From: Candidatus Poribacteria bacterium
GTDB lineage: Bacteria > Poribacteria > WGA-4E > WGA-3G
Assembly: GCA_965215265.1 (NCBI GenBank)
Contig: OZ244048.1
Coordinates: 1,408,001-1,472,000 of the forward strand
Length of the DNA stretch: 64,000 nt
Reading direction: 5' to 3'
Numbering within the stretch: the first letter of the stretch is position 1; the number at the start of each line of letters is the position of its first letter. Under the pieces are notes generated by a model that worked only from the letters and a program-made list of their open reading frames with translations, ran no database searches and was not told where the DNA came from. The position numbers and the translations under genes are program-made. Shown here piece after piece: positions 10,033 to 18,630 of the stretch.

Positions 10033-10065
10033 CTTAATTAATTTAGAGTATAAAAGGAAAATAAA

Positions 10066-11196
10066 ATGTTTAGAATCTTATTTTTATTGATGGCCACCTC
10101 GCTGGCGGTTGGCCTGCTCAGCTGCGGATTTATTGAAGACGATGCTGAAGAAGAAGAGGCTCCCGCCGCGTTCCAAAGCGCGACACCGTCCGGTGGTGAG
10201 CTTGCGGAAGATGGGAGCATCACAGTAACCTTTGACACCGATCCGGGCGATGTCAGCACCAGTGAGGGGTCTGTTTCCGGTGTGGGTAGGACTCGGAGCA
10301 TCTCAGGTCCTTTTAGCCGCGGTGCGCTGAACTTGCGGCTCAACTGGGCAAATGGTGCAGGCAGCCTGACTTTGACTTACCAGGTCAAAGCGAAAGTAGA
10401 AACCGCAGTTGAGAAGGAGAGAGAGGTGCCTGAAGGAATGGTGCTCATCCCCGGTGGTGCATTCCGGATGGGCAGCAACGATGCCGAGGCCGATAATGAT
10501 GAGCAGCCTGTGCATACGGTGCATGTGGACGCGTTCTACATGGACACGCATGAGGTGACGAATCTGGAATACAAGCGTTTTGTGCTGGCGAACCCCCAAT
10601 GGCAAAAGACGCGTATCCCACGGGCGCTCCATAATGGTAATTACCTAAAACATTGGAGTGGTAATAACTATCCTTCGGGTAAAGCGAACCATCCTGTGAC
10701 GTATGTGTCGTGGTATGGTGCGATGGCGTATGCTGCGTGGGCAGGTAAACGTCTTCCGACGGAGGCGGAGTGGGAGAAAGCGGCGCGGGGTGGGAAGTCA
10801 GGGTTAAAGTATCCGTGGGGGAATACAATCTCCTCTGCGCGTGCGAACTATGGTGGTAATGTAGGGGACACGCGTCCTGTGGGGAGTTATGCGTCGAACG
10901 GGTATGGGCTGTATGACATGGCCGGGAACGTGTGGGAGTGGTGTCTTGATGCGTATGATTCGGATTTCTATTTTAATTCGCCGTCTCGTAATCCGCTGAG
11001 CGACGTGAACACCATATCGAATCTGGATCTGATTGTAAATGACTATACACATGTTAAGTCTCTTCGCGTGTTGCGCGGCGGTGGCTGGTACGATCTTACA
11101 CGCTACCTGCGCGCCGCTAATCGCCTCTGGGATTCACCAACGATCACGAACTTCAACAGCTTCGGGTTCCGGTGTGCGAGGGCTGTTACTCCTTAA
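10066..11196 (+). CDS. DGR target 2: lipoprotein with FGE-sulfatase (C-type lectin fold) domain
   Basis: Close paralog of target 1; lipobox LLSC; VR2 at the 3' end. Confidence 0.93.
   Translation: MFRILFLLMATSLAVGLLSCGFIEDDAEEEEAPAAFQSATPSGGELAEDGSITVTFDTDPGDVSTSEGSVSGVGRTRSISGPFSRGALNLRLNWANGAGSLTLTYQVKAKVETAVEKEREVPEGMVLIPGGAFRMGSNDAEADNDEQPVHTVHVDAFYMDTHEVTNLEYKRFVLANPQWQKTRIPRALHNGNYLKHWSGNNYPSGKANHPVTYVSWYGAMAYAAWAGKRLPTEAEWEKAARGGKSGLKYPWGNTISSARANYGGNVGDTRPVGSYASNGYGLYDMAGNVWEWCLDAYDSDFYFNSPSRNPLSDVNTISNLDLIVNDYTHVKSLRVLRGGGWYDLTRYLRAANRLWDSPTITNFNSFGFRCARAVTP
11064..11179 (+). repeat. DGR variable repeat VR2
   Basis: All substitutions against TR fall at TR adenines; one extra NNC codon in the (AAC)n tract. 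Confidence 0.95.
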
Positions 11197-11217
11197 ATCT
11201 TTACTCCTTTACCCCTT

Positions 11218-11237
11218 CCGATCTGCGTGCAGATCGG
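11218..11237 (+). promoter_or_regulatory. DGR homing hairpin downstream of VR2
   Basis: CCGATCTG-CGTG-CAGATCGG, a perfect 8-bp stem with a 4-nt loop about 20 nt after the stop codon, where DGR target-recognition hairpins usually sit. Confidence 0.75.
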
Positions 11238-11470
11238 GTCGATACAATTTTTTAACTATGAGTTAAAAATCAGTTAGAAATAGGGTAAAATATTAACTAT
11301 ATGTTAATTATCTGCTTATTTTTTGCTTGGTGCGTGCTGTAACCGGTGCGTTTTTGTGGCAAGTCCCGAATTTTATCCGGCTCGGTTTTTTTTTCGGGGT
11401 GTATCCGTGGCTGTACCGATATTAGGTTTAGCAATTCGGGTGGCCGGTGTGAGAATGTGGATTGGGTAGC

Positions 11471-11818
11471 ATGCCAACATCTACGACTACGATGAAAGCG
11501 GTTCCGAAATTATACGATGTGGTAATGTGGCTATTAGGCTGTGTGGAGAAATTCCCGCGTTCTCATAAGTTTACGCTGGGTGACAGAGTGGTGACTCTTG
11601 CGCTGGATATATTGGAGTTGCTGATAGAAGCGACCTATACGCGGAATAGGCTTCCGCTGCTGCGTCAAGCGAACGTGCAGCTGGAGAAACTCCGTTATCT
11701 GATTCGGTTGTGCCACGACTTCAAACTGATTTCAACGAAGCAGTACAACTATATTTCGGGTGAAATCAACGAAGTAGGGCAGCGAATCGGCGGGTGGATT
11801 AAGAGTCAATCTGCCTGA
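11471..11818 (+). CDS. avd: DGR accessory variability determinant (Avd, four-helix bundle)
   Basis: Small basic protein with FPRSHKFTLGDR, LEKLRYLIRL and IGGW, directly upstream of the RT. Confidence 0.9.
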   Translation: MPTSTTTMKAVPKLYDVVMWLLGCVEKFPRSHKFTLGDRVVTLALDILELLIEATYTRNRLPLLRQANVQLEKLRYLIRLCHDFKLISTKQYNYISGEINEVGQRIGGWIKSQSA

Positions 11819-11885
11819 GGCTGAAAAATCCTTGTTTTCCCTGCTGGTTCTCTTTATGAGAGGCATCTTATAGTTCAAGTTGACG

Positions 11886-12944
11886 ATGAAAACGTATAAT
11901 AGGCTGTTTGAACAGATCTGCTCGTTTGAGAATCTGCTAGTCGCTGCGCGTAAAGCGCAGCGTGGGAAGCGTTTTCAAGACGAAGTGGCGCGTTTCAACT
12001 TTCACTTGGAGCGTGAGCTATACCGCTTGCAGGCGGAGCTGCAGACGCAAAGCTATGAGCCGGGTGGCTATCATGAGTTTCATATCTACGAGCCGAAGTT
12101 GCGTAAGATTAGCGCAGCGCCTTATCGTGACAGGGTTGTCCATCACGCGTTGTGCAACGTTGTAGAGCCGCTTTTCGACCGGACGTTCATTTTTGATTCC
12201 TACGCGTGTCGGAAAGGGAAGGGTACGCATAAAGCCGTGGACCGGTTTACAGGATTCAGCCGCAAGACTGAGTATGTGCTGAAGTGTGACATTAGAAAGT
12301 ATTTTCCGTCAATCGACCACGAGATTCTGAAGACGCTGTTTCGCCGGAAGATTCGGGATGTAAAAACCTTGTGGTTGATGGATGTGATTGTTGATAGTAG
12401 TAACCGTCAGGAAAATGTGATAGGCTACTTTGACGGGGATACGCTATTGACACCGCTGTGGCGGCGGCGCGGCATTCCGATCGGGAATCTGACGAGTCAG
12501 TTTTTCGCGAATATCTATCTGAACGGTTTTGACCATTTTGTGAAAGAGCAGCTACAGTGTCGCTACTACATCCGTTATGTGGACGATTTCGTGGTGCTTG
12601 ACAGGGACAAGTCGCGGCTGCATGAAGTCAAAGTGGAGATGGTCTCCTACTTGGCGCGGCTGCGGCTGCAGTTACACCCGCACAAGTGCCAGGTTTTTCC
12701 GGTGAAAAGCGGCACGGATTTTTTGGGGTATCAGGTGTTCCCGACACATCGTAGGCTCCGGGCATCCTCTGTGACGCGTGCACGGCGGCGTTTGCGGCGG
12801 CTGCAAAGGGATTACCGCGTAGGTAAGATTTCACAAGAGCAGGTGACTCATTCGGTGCAAAGTTGGCTTGGCCATATTCAGCATGCGGACACGTATGGAC
12901 TGCGTCGGGCAATCTTTTCGGATATCCGTTTTCAGCGTTCATGA
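11886..12944 (+). CDS. DGR reverse transcriptase
   Basis: [34 protein letters not shown] (DGR-type GxxxSQ), YVDD, DFLGY; no endonuclease domain. Confidence 0.96.
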   Translation: MKTYNRLFEQICSFENLLVAARKAQRGKRFQDEVARFNFHLERELYRLQAELQTQSYEPGGYHEFHIYEPKLRKISAAPYRDRVVHHALCNVVEPLFDRTFIFDSYACRKGKGTHKAVDRFTGFSRKTEYVLKCDIRKYFPSIDHEILKTLFRRKIRDVKTLWLMDVIVDSSNRQENVIGYFDGDTLLTPLWRRRGIPIGNLTSQFFANIYLNGFDHFVKEQLQCRYYIRYVDDFVVLDRDKSRLHEVKVEMVSYLARLRLQLHPHKCQVFPVKSGTDFLGYQVFPTHRRLRASSVTRARRRLRRLQRDYRVGKISQEQVTHSVQSWLGHIQHADTYGLRRAIFSDIRFQRS

Positions 12945-13033
12945 AGTGAAGCGTCAAAGCGTTTCAGAGTTTAAAAAGCGTGTCGCTTCTCAGCACGAGC
13001 TGGAGAAGCCCACGGGGTCTCAAGCCGAGCATC

Positions 13034-13146
13034 TCGCGTGTTGCGCGGCGGTAGCTGGAACAATAATACACGAAACCTGCGCGCCGCTAATCGCAACAGG
13101 AATACACCAACGAACACGAACAACAACAACGGGTTCCGGTGTGCGA
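13034..13146 (+). ncRNA. DGR template repeat (TR)
   Basis: Intergenic AAC/AAT-rich copy of the target 3' ends; would read RVLRGGSWNNNTRNLRAANRNRNTPTNTNNNNGFRCA. Confidence 0.95.
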
Positions 13147-13270
13147 AGACCCTTTCCGAGAGGTTAGCATCTTTCGGGGTTGCCAGAGTTGGTGTGCCTC
13201 CGAGGTAGGTGAGTCACATCAAGTGTGCATCGCTAAAGAGTCCAAGGCTTGATACCTGTGTTCATCTCTC

Positions 13271-13350
13271 TGTGAGATGTGCCAAAGATAAAACCCGGGG
13301 TGTGATGGTGAGTAGGCAGTGTGCCGAATGTTATCACACCTCTTTCTCTT
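13271..13350 (+). repeat. Structured direct repeat, copy 1 (downstream of TR)
   Basis: tgtgagatg..ccaaagataaaa..GGTGTGATGG-tgagtaggcagtgtgccgaa-TGTTATCACACC followed by a pyrimidine tract. Confidence 0.85.
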
Positions 13351-13465
13351 TTTTCTCTGCCTGATTTCTCTTTGCTTGACAATGATTCCCTGATGTGTTA
13401 TTATAAAGACAGAGTCGTTTTGAGAAGGGAAGCCCTTGACAACTGATACGTTTTAGGAGTATAAT

Positions 13466-14590
13466 ATGCAGAAAGGGGACATCCACGACTTTTTGTCCGA
13501 GATGTCTGTTTCGAACTTTTCCGATCGGAGCATACGCCGCTTATTAGAAAACAAGGAAAACGTCCGGGGCTTGCTAGAAATCGTTGCGGCAGAACTCGCC
13601 GCGTTGATTGATTTTGCGCATCTGGTTCCAATGAATAGGAGCCTGCTGCCCGCCACTCTTCGAGAACAAGAGGCAGACATTGTGTATCGGGTGCCCTTCA
13701 AAAGTGATGGTGATGAGGGTGCGGCAGAGCTGCTCATCTATCTGCTGATTGAACATCAATCGACGGTGGATGCGACGATGGGATTTCGTGTGCTTTTCTA
13801 CATGATGCTGATTTGGGACGCAGAGCGGCGGCGGTGGGCGGCCGAGACGGTGCCGAGAAGAGAGCGTGTATTGCCGCCGATTCTGCCTGTGGTGTTTTAC
13901 ACGGGGGAGCGGCGGTGGGAGAAGCCTCTGACACTTGAGGCGCTGATGAATCTGCCCGCCGCACTCTCTAGATTCGTTCCGAGATTTGACATCCTGTTTC
14001 TGAATCTGACAGGCACAGACAAGGCGACGCTGACAGAGGCGGCGCATCCATTCGGGTGGCTGATGAGAGTGCTGCAACAAGGAGATTCGGACAAAGCGTC
14101 TATAAGCCGGGCGTTACGAGAGACTTTGACGCAGTTGGCGACACTTGATGCGGCGGATTCAGGGCAGCGGCGGGAAGCGATAATGTATCTGGTATCGCTG
14201 ATTGTGCATCGGCGCCCAAAGGAAGAACAAGAAGAGTTGATAGAGTTGATAGACCGGCATACGAGTGATATGGAGGTAGCACCGATGGCAGAGACAATGG
14301 CCGAATTCCTCTTCGAACGAGGCATAGCACAAGGGATGGAACGAGGCATAGCACAAGGGATTGAACGAGGCATTGAACGAGGCATAGAACGAGGGAGAGA
14401 ACAAGGGGCGTGCCAGAATGCTATCAAAAATATAACCGCCGTCCTCAATGCGCGATTCCCTCATTGTGACATACACACTGCCACGCAGAAACTCGAAACG
14501 CTTTCTAACCTTGAACACCTCGAGCACCTGCTGCTGACAGCCGTCAAAGCCGATAGCTTTCAAGCATTCCTACAGGCATTAGAACTATAG
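13466..14590 (+). CDS. Rpn family recombination-promoting nuclease / YhgA-like putative transposase, copy 1
   Basis: ADIVYRV, YLLIEHQS, PILPVVFYTG and C-terminal ERGI repeats. Confidence 0.9.
   Translation: MQKGDIHDFLSEMSVSNFSDRSIRRLLENKENVRGLLEIVAAELAALIDFAHLVPMNRSLLPATLREQEADIVYRVPFKSDGDEGAAELLIYLLIEHQSTVDATMGFRVLFYMMLIWDAERRRWAAETVPRRERVLPPILPVVFYTGERRWEKPLTLEALMNLPAALSRFVPRFDILFLNLTGTDKATLTEAAHPFGWLMRVLQQGDSDKASISRALRETLTQLATLDAADSGQRREAIMYLVSLIVHRRPKEEQEELIELIDRHTSDMEVAPMAETMAEFLFERGIAQGMERGIAQGIERGIERGIERGREQGACQNAIKNITAVLNARFPHCDIHTATQKLETLSNLEHLEHLLLTAVKADSFQAFLQALEL
14285..14590 (+). CDS. Putative intragenic in-frame small protein (RpnS-like antitoxin), 101 aa
   Basis: GGAGGT (14272-14277), 7 nt, then ATG in frame within rpn. 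Confidence 0.6.
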   Translation: MAETMAEFLFERGIAQGMERGIAQGIERGIERGIERGREQGACQNAIKNITAVLNARFPHCDIHTATQKLETLSNLEHLEHLLLTAVKADSFQAFLQALEL

Positions 14591-14710
14591 AAACGCACGC
14601 GCCGAACGCCCTGGCCGGCACCGGGCTGCTCTTGTCGGGGTGTCAGGTAGGAACCCTACCGTTATTATACCCTCTGACAAGCGGAGCATGGTAGGTTGCG
14701 TACTATACCG

Positions 14711-14790
14711 TGTGAGATGAACCAAAGATAAAAGCAGAGGTGTGATGGTGAGTCGGCCGTGTGCCGAATGCTATCACACCTCTTTTTCTT
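14711..14790 (+). repeat. Structured direct repeat, copy 2
   Basis: Near-identical to copy 3 and similar to copy 1. Confidence 0.85.
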
Positions 14791-14925
14791 TCAGGCGATG
14801 CAGATTTCTCTGCCTGATTTGTTTATCTCTGCTTGACAATGATTCACGGATGTGTTATTATAAATAAAAAGTAGGAGTTTTGAGAAGGGAAGCACTTGAC
14901 AACTGATACGTTTTAGGAGTATAAT

Positions 14926-16062
14926 ATGCAAAAGGGGGACATCCACGACTTTTTGTCCGAGATGTCTGTTTCGAACTTTTCCGATCGGAGCATACGCCGC
15001 TTATTAGAAAACAAGGAAAACGTCCGGGGCTTGTTAGAAATCGTGTCGGCAGAACTCGCCGCGTTGATTGATTTTGCGCATCTGGTTCCAATGAATAGGA
15101 GCCTGCTGCCCGCCACTCTTCGAGAACAAGAGGCAGACATTGTGTATCGGGTGCCCTTCAAAAGTGATGGTGATGAGGGTGCGGCAGAGCTGCTCATCTA
15201 TCTGCTGATTGAACATCAATCGACGGTGGATGCGACGATGGGATTTCGTGTGCTTTTCTACATGATGCTAATTTGGGACGCAGAGCGGCGGCGGTGGGCG
15301 GCCGAGACGGTGCCGAGAAGAGAGCGTGTATTGCCGCCGATTCTGCCTGTGGTGTTTTACACGGGGGAGCGGCGGTGGGAGAAGCCTCTGACACTTGAGG
15401 CGATGATGAATCTGCCCGCGGCGCTCTCTCGATTCGTTCCGAGATTTGACATCCTGTTTCTGAATCTGACAGGCACAGACAAGGCGACGCTGACAGAGGC
15501 GGCGCATCCGTTCGGGTGGCTGATGAGAGTGCTGCAACAAGGAGATTCGGACAAAGCGTCTATAAGCCGCGCGTTACGAGAGACTTTGACGCAGTTGGCG
15601 GCGCTTGATGCGGCGGATTCTGGGCAGCGTAGGGAAGCGATAATGTATCTGGTATCGCTGATTGTGCATCGGCGCCCAAAGGAAGAACAAGAAGAGTTGA
15701 TAGAGTTGATAGACCGGCATACGCGTGATATGGAGGTAGCACCGATGGCAGAGACAATGGCCGAATTCCTCTTAGAACGAGGCATAGCACAAGGCATGGA
15801 ACGAGGCATAGAACAAGGCATAGAACGAGGCATAGAACGAGGCATAGAACGAGGGCGAGAAGAAGGGATTGAGCGAGGGGCGTGCCAGAATGCTATCAAA
15901 AATATAACCGCCGTCCTCAATGCGCGATTCCCTCATTGTGACATACACACTGCCACGCAGAAACTCGAAACGCTTTCTAACCTTGAACACCTCGAGCACC
16001 TGCTGCTGACAGCCGTCAAAACCGACAGTTTTGAAGCATTTCTACAAGCGTCAGAACTATAG
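14926..16062 (+). CDS. Rpn family nuclease, copy 2 (tandem duplicate)
   Basis: Almost identical to 13466..14590, 4 aa longer in the repeat tract. Confidence 0.9.
   Translation: MQKGDIHDFLSEMSVSNFSDRSIRRLLENKENVRGLLEIVSAELAALIDFAHLVPMNRSLLPATLREQEADIVYRVPFKSDGDEGAAELLIYLLIEHQSTVDATMGFRVLFYMMLIWDAERRRWAAETVPRRERVLPPILPVVFYTGERRWEKPLTLEAMMNLPAALSRFVPRFDILFLNLTGTDKATLTEAAHPFGWLMRVLQQGDSDKASISRALRETLTQLAALDAADSGQRREAIMYLVSLIVHRRPKEEQEELIELIDRHTRDMEVAPMAETMAEFLLERGIAQGMERGIEQGIERGIERGIERGREEGIERGACQNAIKNITAVLNARFPHCDIHTATQKLETLSNLEHLEHLLLTAVKTDSFEAFLQASEL
15745..16062 (+). CDS. Putative intragenic RpnS-like protein, 105 aa
   Basis: GGAGGT (15732-15737), 7 nt, then in-frame ATG. Confidence 0.6.
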   Translation: MAETMAEFLLERGIAQGMERGIEQGIERGIERGIERGREEGIERGACQNAIKNITAVLNARFPHCDIHTATQKLETLSNLEHLEHLLLTAVKTDSFEAFLQASEL

Positions 16063-16182
16063 AAATGCATGCACCGAACGCCTTGGCTGGCACCGGGCTG
16101 CTCTTGCCGGGGTGTCAGGTAGGACCCTTACCATCATTATACCCCCTGACAAGCGGAGCATGGTAGGTTGCGTACTATACCG

Positions 16183-16262
16183 TGTGAGATGAACCAAAGA
16201 TAAAAGCAGAGGTGTGATGGTGAGTCGGCCGTGTGCCGAATGCTATCACACCTCTTTCTCTT
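16183..16262 (+). repeat. Structured direct repeat, copy 3
   Basis: Closes the second rpn unit. Confidence 0.85.
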
Positions 16263-16448
16263 TGAGGCGATACCGATTTCTGAGAAATTGCCTCCTGATT
16301 TCCATCCATCTTTGTTGTCAATGTGTCGTGATAAGGGTTTCACAGAAAACAAATCCGCTACCTACACTTGTTGGGGGGACGGAAATATCAACCCGCTTTC
16401 CTATCTTTGTTCTGTATTCAGGCTGCCGCTTCGCACTCGTCCGACATC

Positions 16449-17312
16449 CTAGCCGCGCATAACCCCAGTTTCCTCTAACCAGACTTTCAAGGGAACATCC
16501 ACATCCTTGGGAGAAAAATGACCGTTCGCGTTCGTACCTCCTCCCAGCAGCTGCTGACGAATCGGATCGGCGCGATCAAACATCTCTTCCGGAATCGTCA
16601 TATCGTCTTTACTCCGCAGCCAGCGGTACCCATAGCCGTAAAATAGCCCTTTTCGCGTGATATCAGACTCATTTTCACTCCGCGCATGCCAAATCCGACG
16701 GTCAAAGAATACTGCAGCGCCTGGCTTACAGCACACAGGTATCGCCCCCTCCGGAGGAGAACCATCTACTGGGAGTTCTAAAGTATCCAAGAGATGGCTA
16801 CCGGGAATCATGTACAAATTTCCGCGCCCTGTTTCTGAACAGTCGGAGAGCCAATACACAACCTTTATCGAAAGCCGCGGGCGTGGCGAACTTTCAATCT
16901 CTATATTGACACGACCGCTATCCTGATGCCATCCTAACGGCGCTGGATTACCCCGGGACATCTCAGGGCGCGGCGGCGTGATAATCAGATGGCTATGGTA
17001 GCAGTAAATGTTCCAGCCCAAAGCACCCCACACCTTCGGAAACGTTTTATACCAATCCAAAATGTTGACGAATAGCTGATCTTTCCCGAGAACATTGGGA
17101 TAGAAAAAGTTTTGGGTTTCTGTCAGAGGCTTTTTGGTATACGCATCGTAACCTGCATCAAGATGCGCTTGGTAAATGCTATCAACACGGTTCTCAAGCC
17201 GTTCAACGAGCGCCAGTGGCAGCGCGTTTTCCACAATAAAATATCCTTCTTCGTTCAATCCACGGAGTTGTTCAGCCGTGATTTGATGCTGTAGATGCCG
17301 TTCATCAAGCAT
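16449..17312 (-). CDS. Phytanoyl-CoA dioxygenase (PhyH) family protein
   Basis: WHQD, IPGSH and FDRRIWHA Fe/2OG motifs. Confidence 0.88.
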   Translation of the reverse strand: MLDERHLQHQITAEQLRGLNEEGYFIVENALPLALVERLENRVDSIYQAHLDAGYDAYTKKPLTETQNFFYPNVLGKDQLFVNILDWYKTFPKVWGALGWNIYCYHSHLIITPPRPEMSRGNPAPLGWHQDSGRVNIEIESSPRPRLSIKVVYWLSDCSETGRGNLYMIPGSHLLDTLELPVDGSPPEGAIPVCCKPGAAVFFDRRIWHARSENESDITRKGLFYGYGYRWLRSKDDMTIPEEMFDRADPIRQQLLGGGTNANGHFSPKDVDVPLKVWLEETGVMRG

Positions 17313-17364
17313 ACTCTACTCCTCCTATTGCATTCAAGACAGTCCAAACTAGTGTGCGTGTCTC

Positions 17365-18318
17365 CTAAGCGGGTAAAGGTCCCTCTATCTCATCTACGAG
17401 GTGAATAGAATGAATGACATCGCGGAGGTCTGTCAGGGGGACTTTCGTATTGTGTATACAATCAATGAAATGGCGGTGCATTGTTAAAACCCCTTCATAG
17501 CTGGCTGAGTCGCGCTGGTCGACACCGTCCACCGCCCATCCGCCCATAACTTTTCTATTGTTGTCCTCATAAATTTCAATCTCTTCCGGAATTTTCAGAT
17601 AACATCCGATTCCGACACCATGTAATTCAGAGCGTAGTACGCGTCCGCCTGAGGCCCGGTTGCCGAAAAGCACCCCCGTAACGTTATTATCAAATCGGAT
17701 GAAGGCGGTGTAGAAATTGCGCTGTTCTGCACTGAACGTGTCGCGATGTGCTGTTACTTCGACGGCTTCCCCGCCTGCCATGTACCGTAGCAAATCAACA
17801 ACATGGCAGACATCGTTCCAAAGGGTAGTCGTAAATTCTCGATTTTGCCCGAGGATCTGCTTGTTAAACGTAGTAACAGCTAATGAAACAGGTCCTTTTT
17901 CTGCAACACGTCGCATCGCTTCGCGCGTCACTGCAGCATAGCGCCGTTGAAAACCGACCATGCAGTATACGTTGTTTGCAATTGCTGCTTCTAAAAGTTG
18001 GTGGGTTTCGTCGCTTGTTGCCCCTGGCGGTTTTTCAATAAAGAGATGTTTTCCGGCATTCAGGCAATCCAACGCCGGCTGCAAAATCCATTTCTCGTTC
18101 ATCACACAGTAAACGATGTCCAAGTCGACCTTATCCAACATCTTACGGTGGTCGGTGAACGTGTGTGGAAATTCATATTTTTGTGCGACCTGGGCTAATT
18201 TAGTTTCGTCAAGTTCACACGCTGCAAACATCTCTACCTCCTCTTCGAGACGGTTGACGTTTGGATAATGGGCACCTTGACTACGCCCACCAGCGCCGAT
18301 AAATCCTGCTTTAAACAT
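17365..18318 (-). CDS. Gfo/Idh/MocA family oxidoreductase
   Basis: GFIGAGG, HLFIEKP, VGFQRRY. Confidence 0.88.
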   Translation of the reverse strand: MFKAGFIGAGGRSQGAHYPNVNRLEEEVEMFAACELDETKLAQVAQKYEFPHTFTDHRKMLDKVDLDIVYCVMNEKWILQPALDCLNAGKHLFIEKPPGATSDETHQLLEAAIANNVYCMVGFQRRYAAVTREAMRRVAEKGPVSLAVTTFNKQILGQNREFTTTLWNDVCHVVDLLRYMAGGEAVEVTAHRDTFSAEQRNFYTAFIRFDNNVTGVLFGNRASGGRVLRSELHGVGIGCYLKIPEEIEIYEDNNRKVMGGWAVDGVDQRDSASYEGVLTMHRHFIDCIHNTKVPLTDLRDVIHSIHLVDEIEGPLPA

Positions 18319-18630
18319 AGAGAATTCCCCTTAAAATCTAATTCTTCTTGCATCTTGTATTTGCAGATATTTCGCTACATCTATCCGTACGTTGTTTGCC
18401 AATGCATAAGTTATTTTACTAGGATGCGATGTCCCTGTCAAGAAAATTAATTAACTTTTTTACTTGTCCCCATGCTTCGGACACCAAACAAAGCTGCCTA
18501 CATATTTGTTTGCGAACAGCCGCTCCCGGGCTTTCCGAGATGTTTACCCAAAATCGTTAGGAAAAAACTTGACTTTCTTAACATGTCGTGATATGATATT
18601 AAATCACCTCTGCTGATAGGAAATCAACCT

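Larger units (their letters stand above)
8761..13350 (+). mobile_element. Diversity-generating retroelement (target1-target2-avd-RT-TR)
   Basis: All canonical components present and co-oriented; adenine-specific TR/VR2 mismatch pattern. Confidence 0.95.

Noticed and set aside
8761-11196. Targets as true formylglycine-generating enzymes for the sulfatase
   Set aside because: The catalytic CxxxxC region is replaced by the variable repeat, and both carry lipoprotein signals.
11886-12944. RT as a group II intron, retron or CRISPR-associated RT
   Set aside because: The GxxxSQ motif, adjacent avd and TR/VR pair identify a DGR; it is not linked to cas1.
12868-13167. 99-aa ORF over TR
   Set aside because: It overlaps the RT end and crosses TR out of the target frame; likely spurious.
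13271-13350. Repeat element as a hammerhead ribozyme or group II intron domain V
   Set aside because: The catalytic consensus nucleotides were not found.
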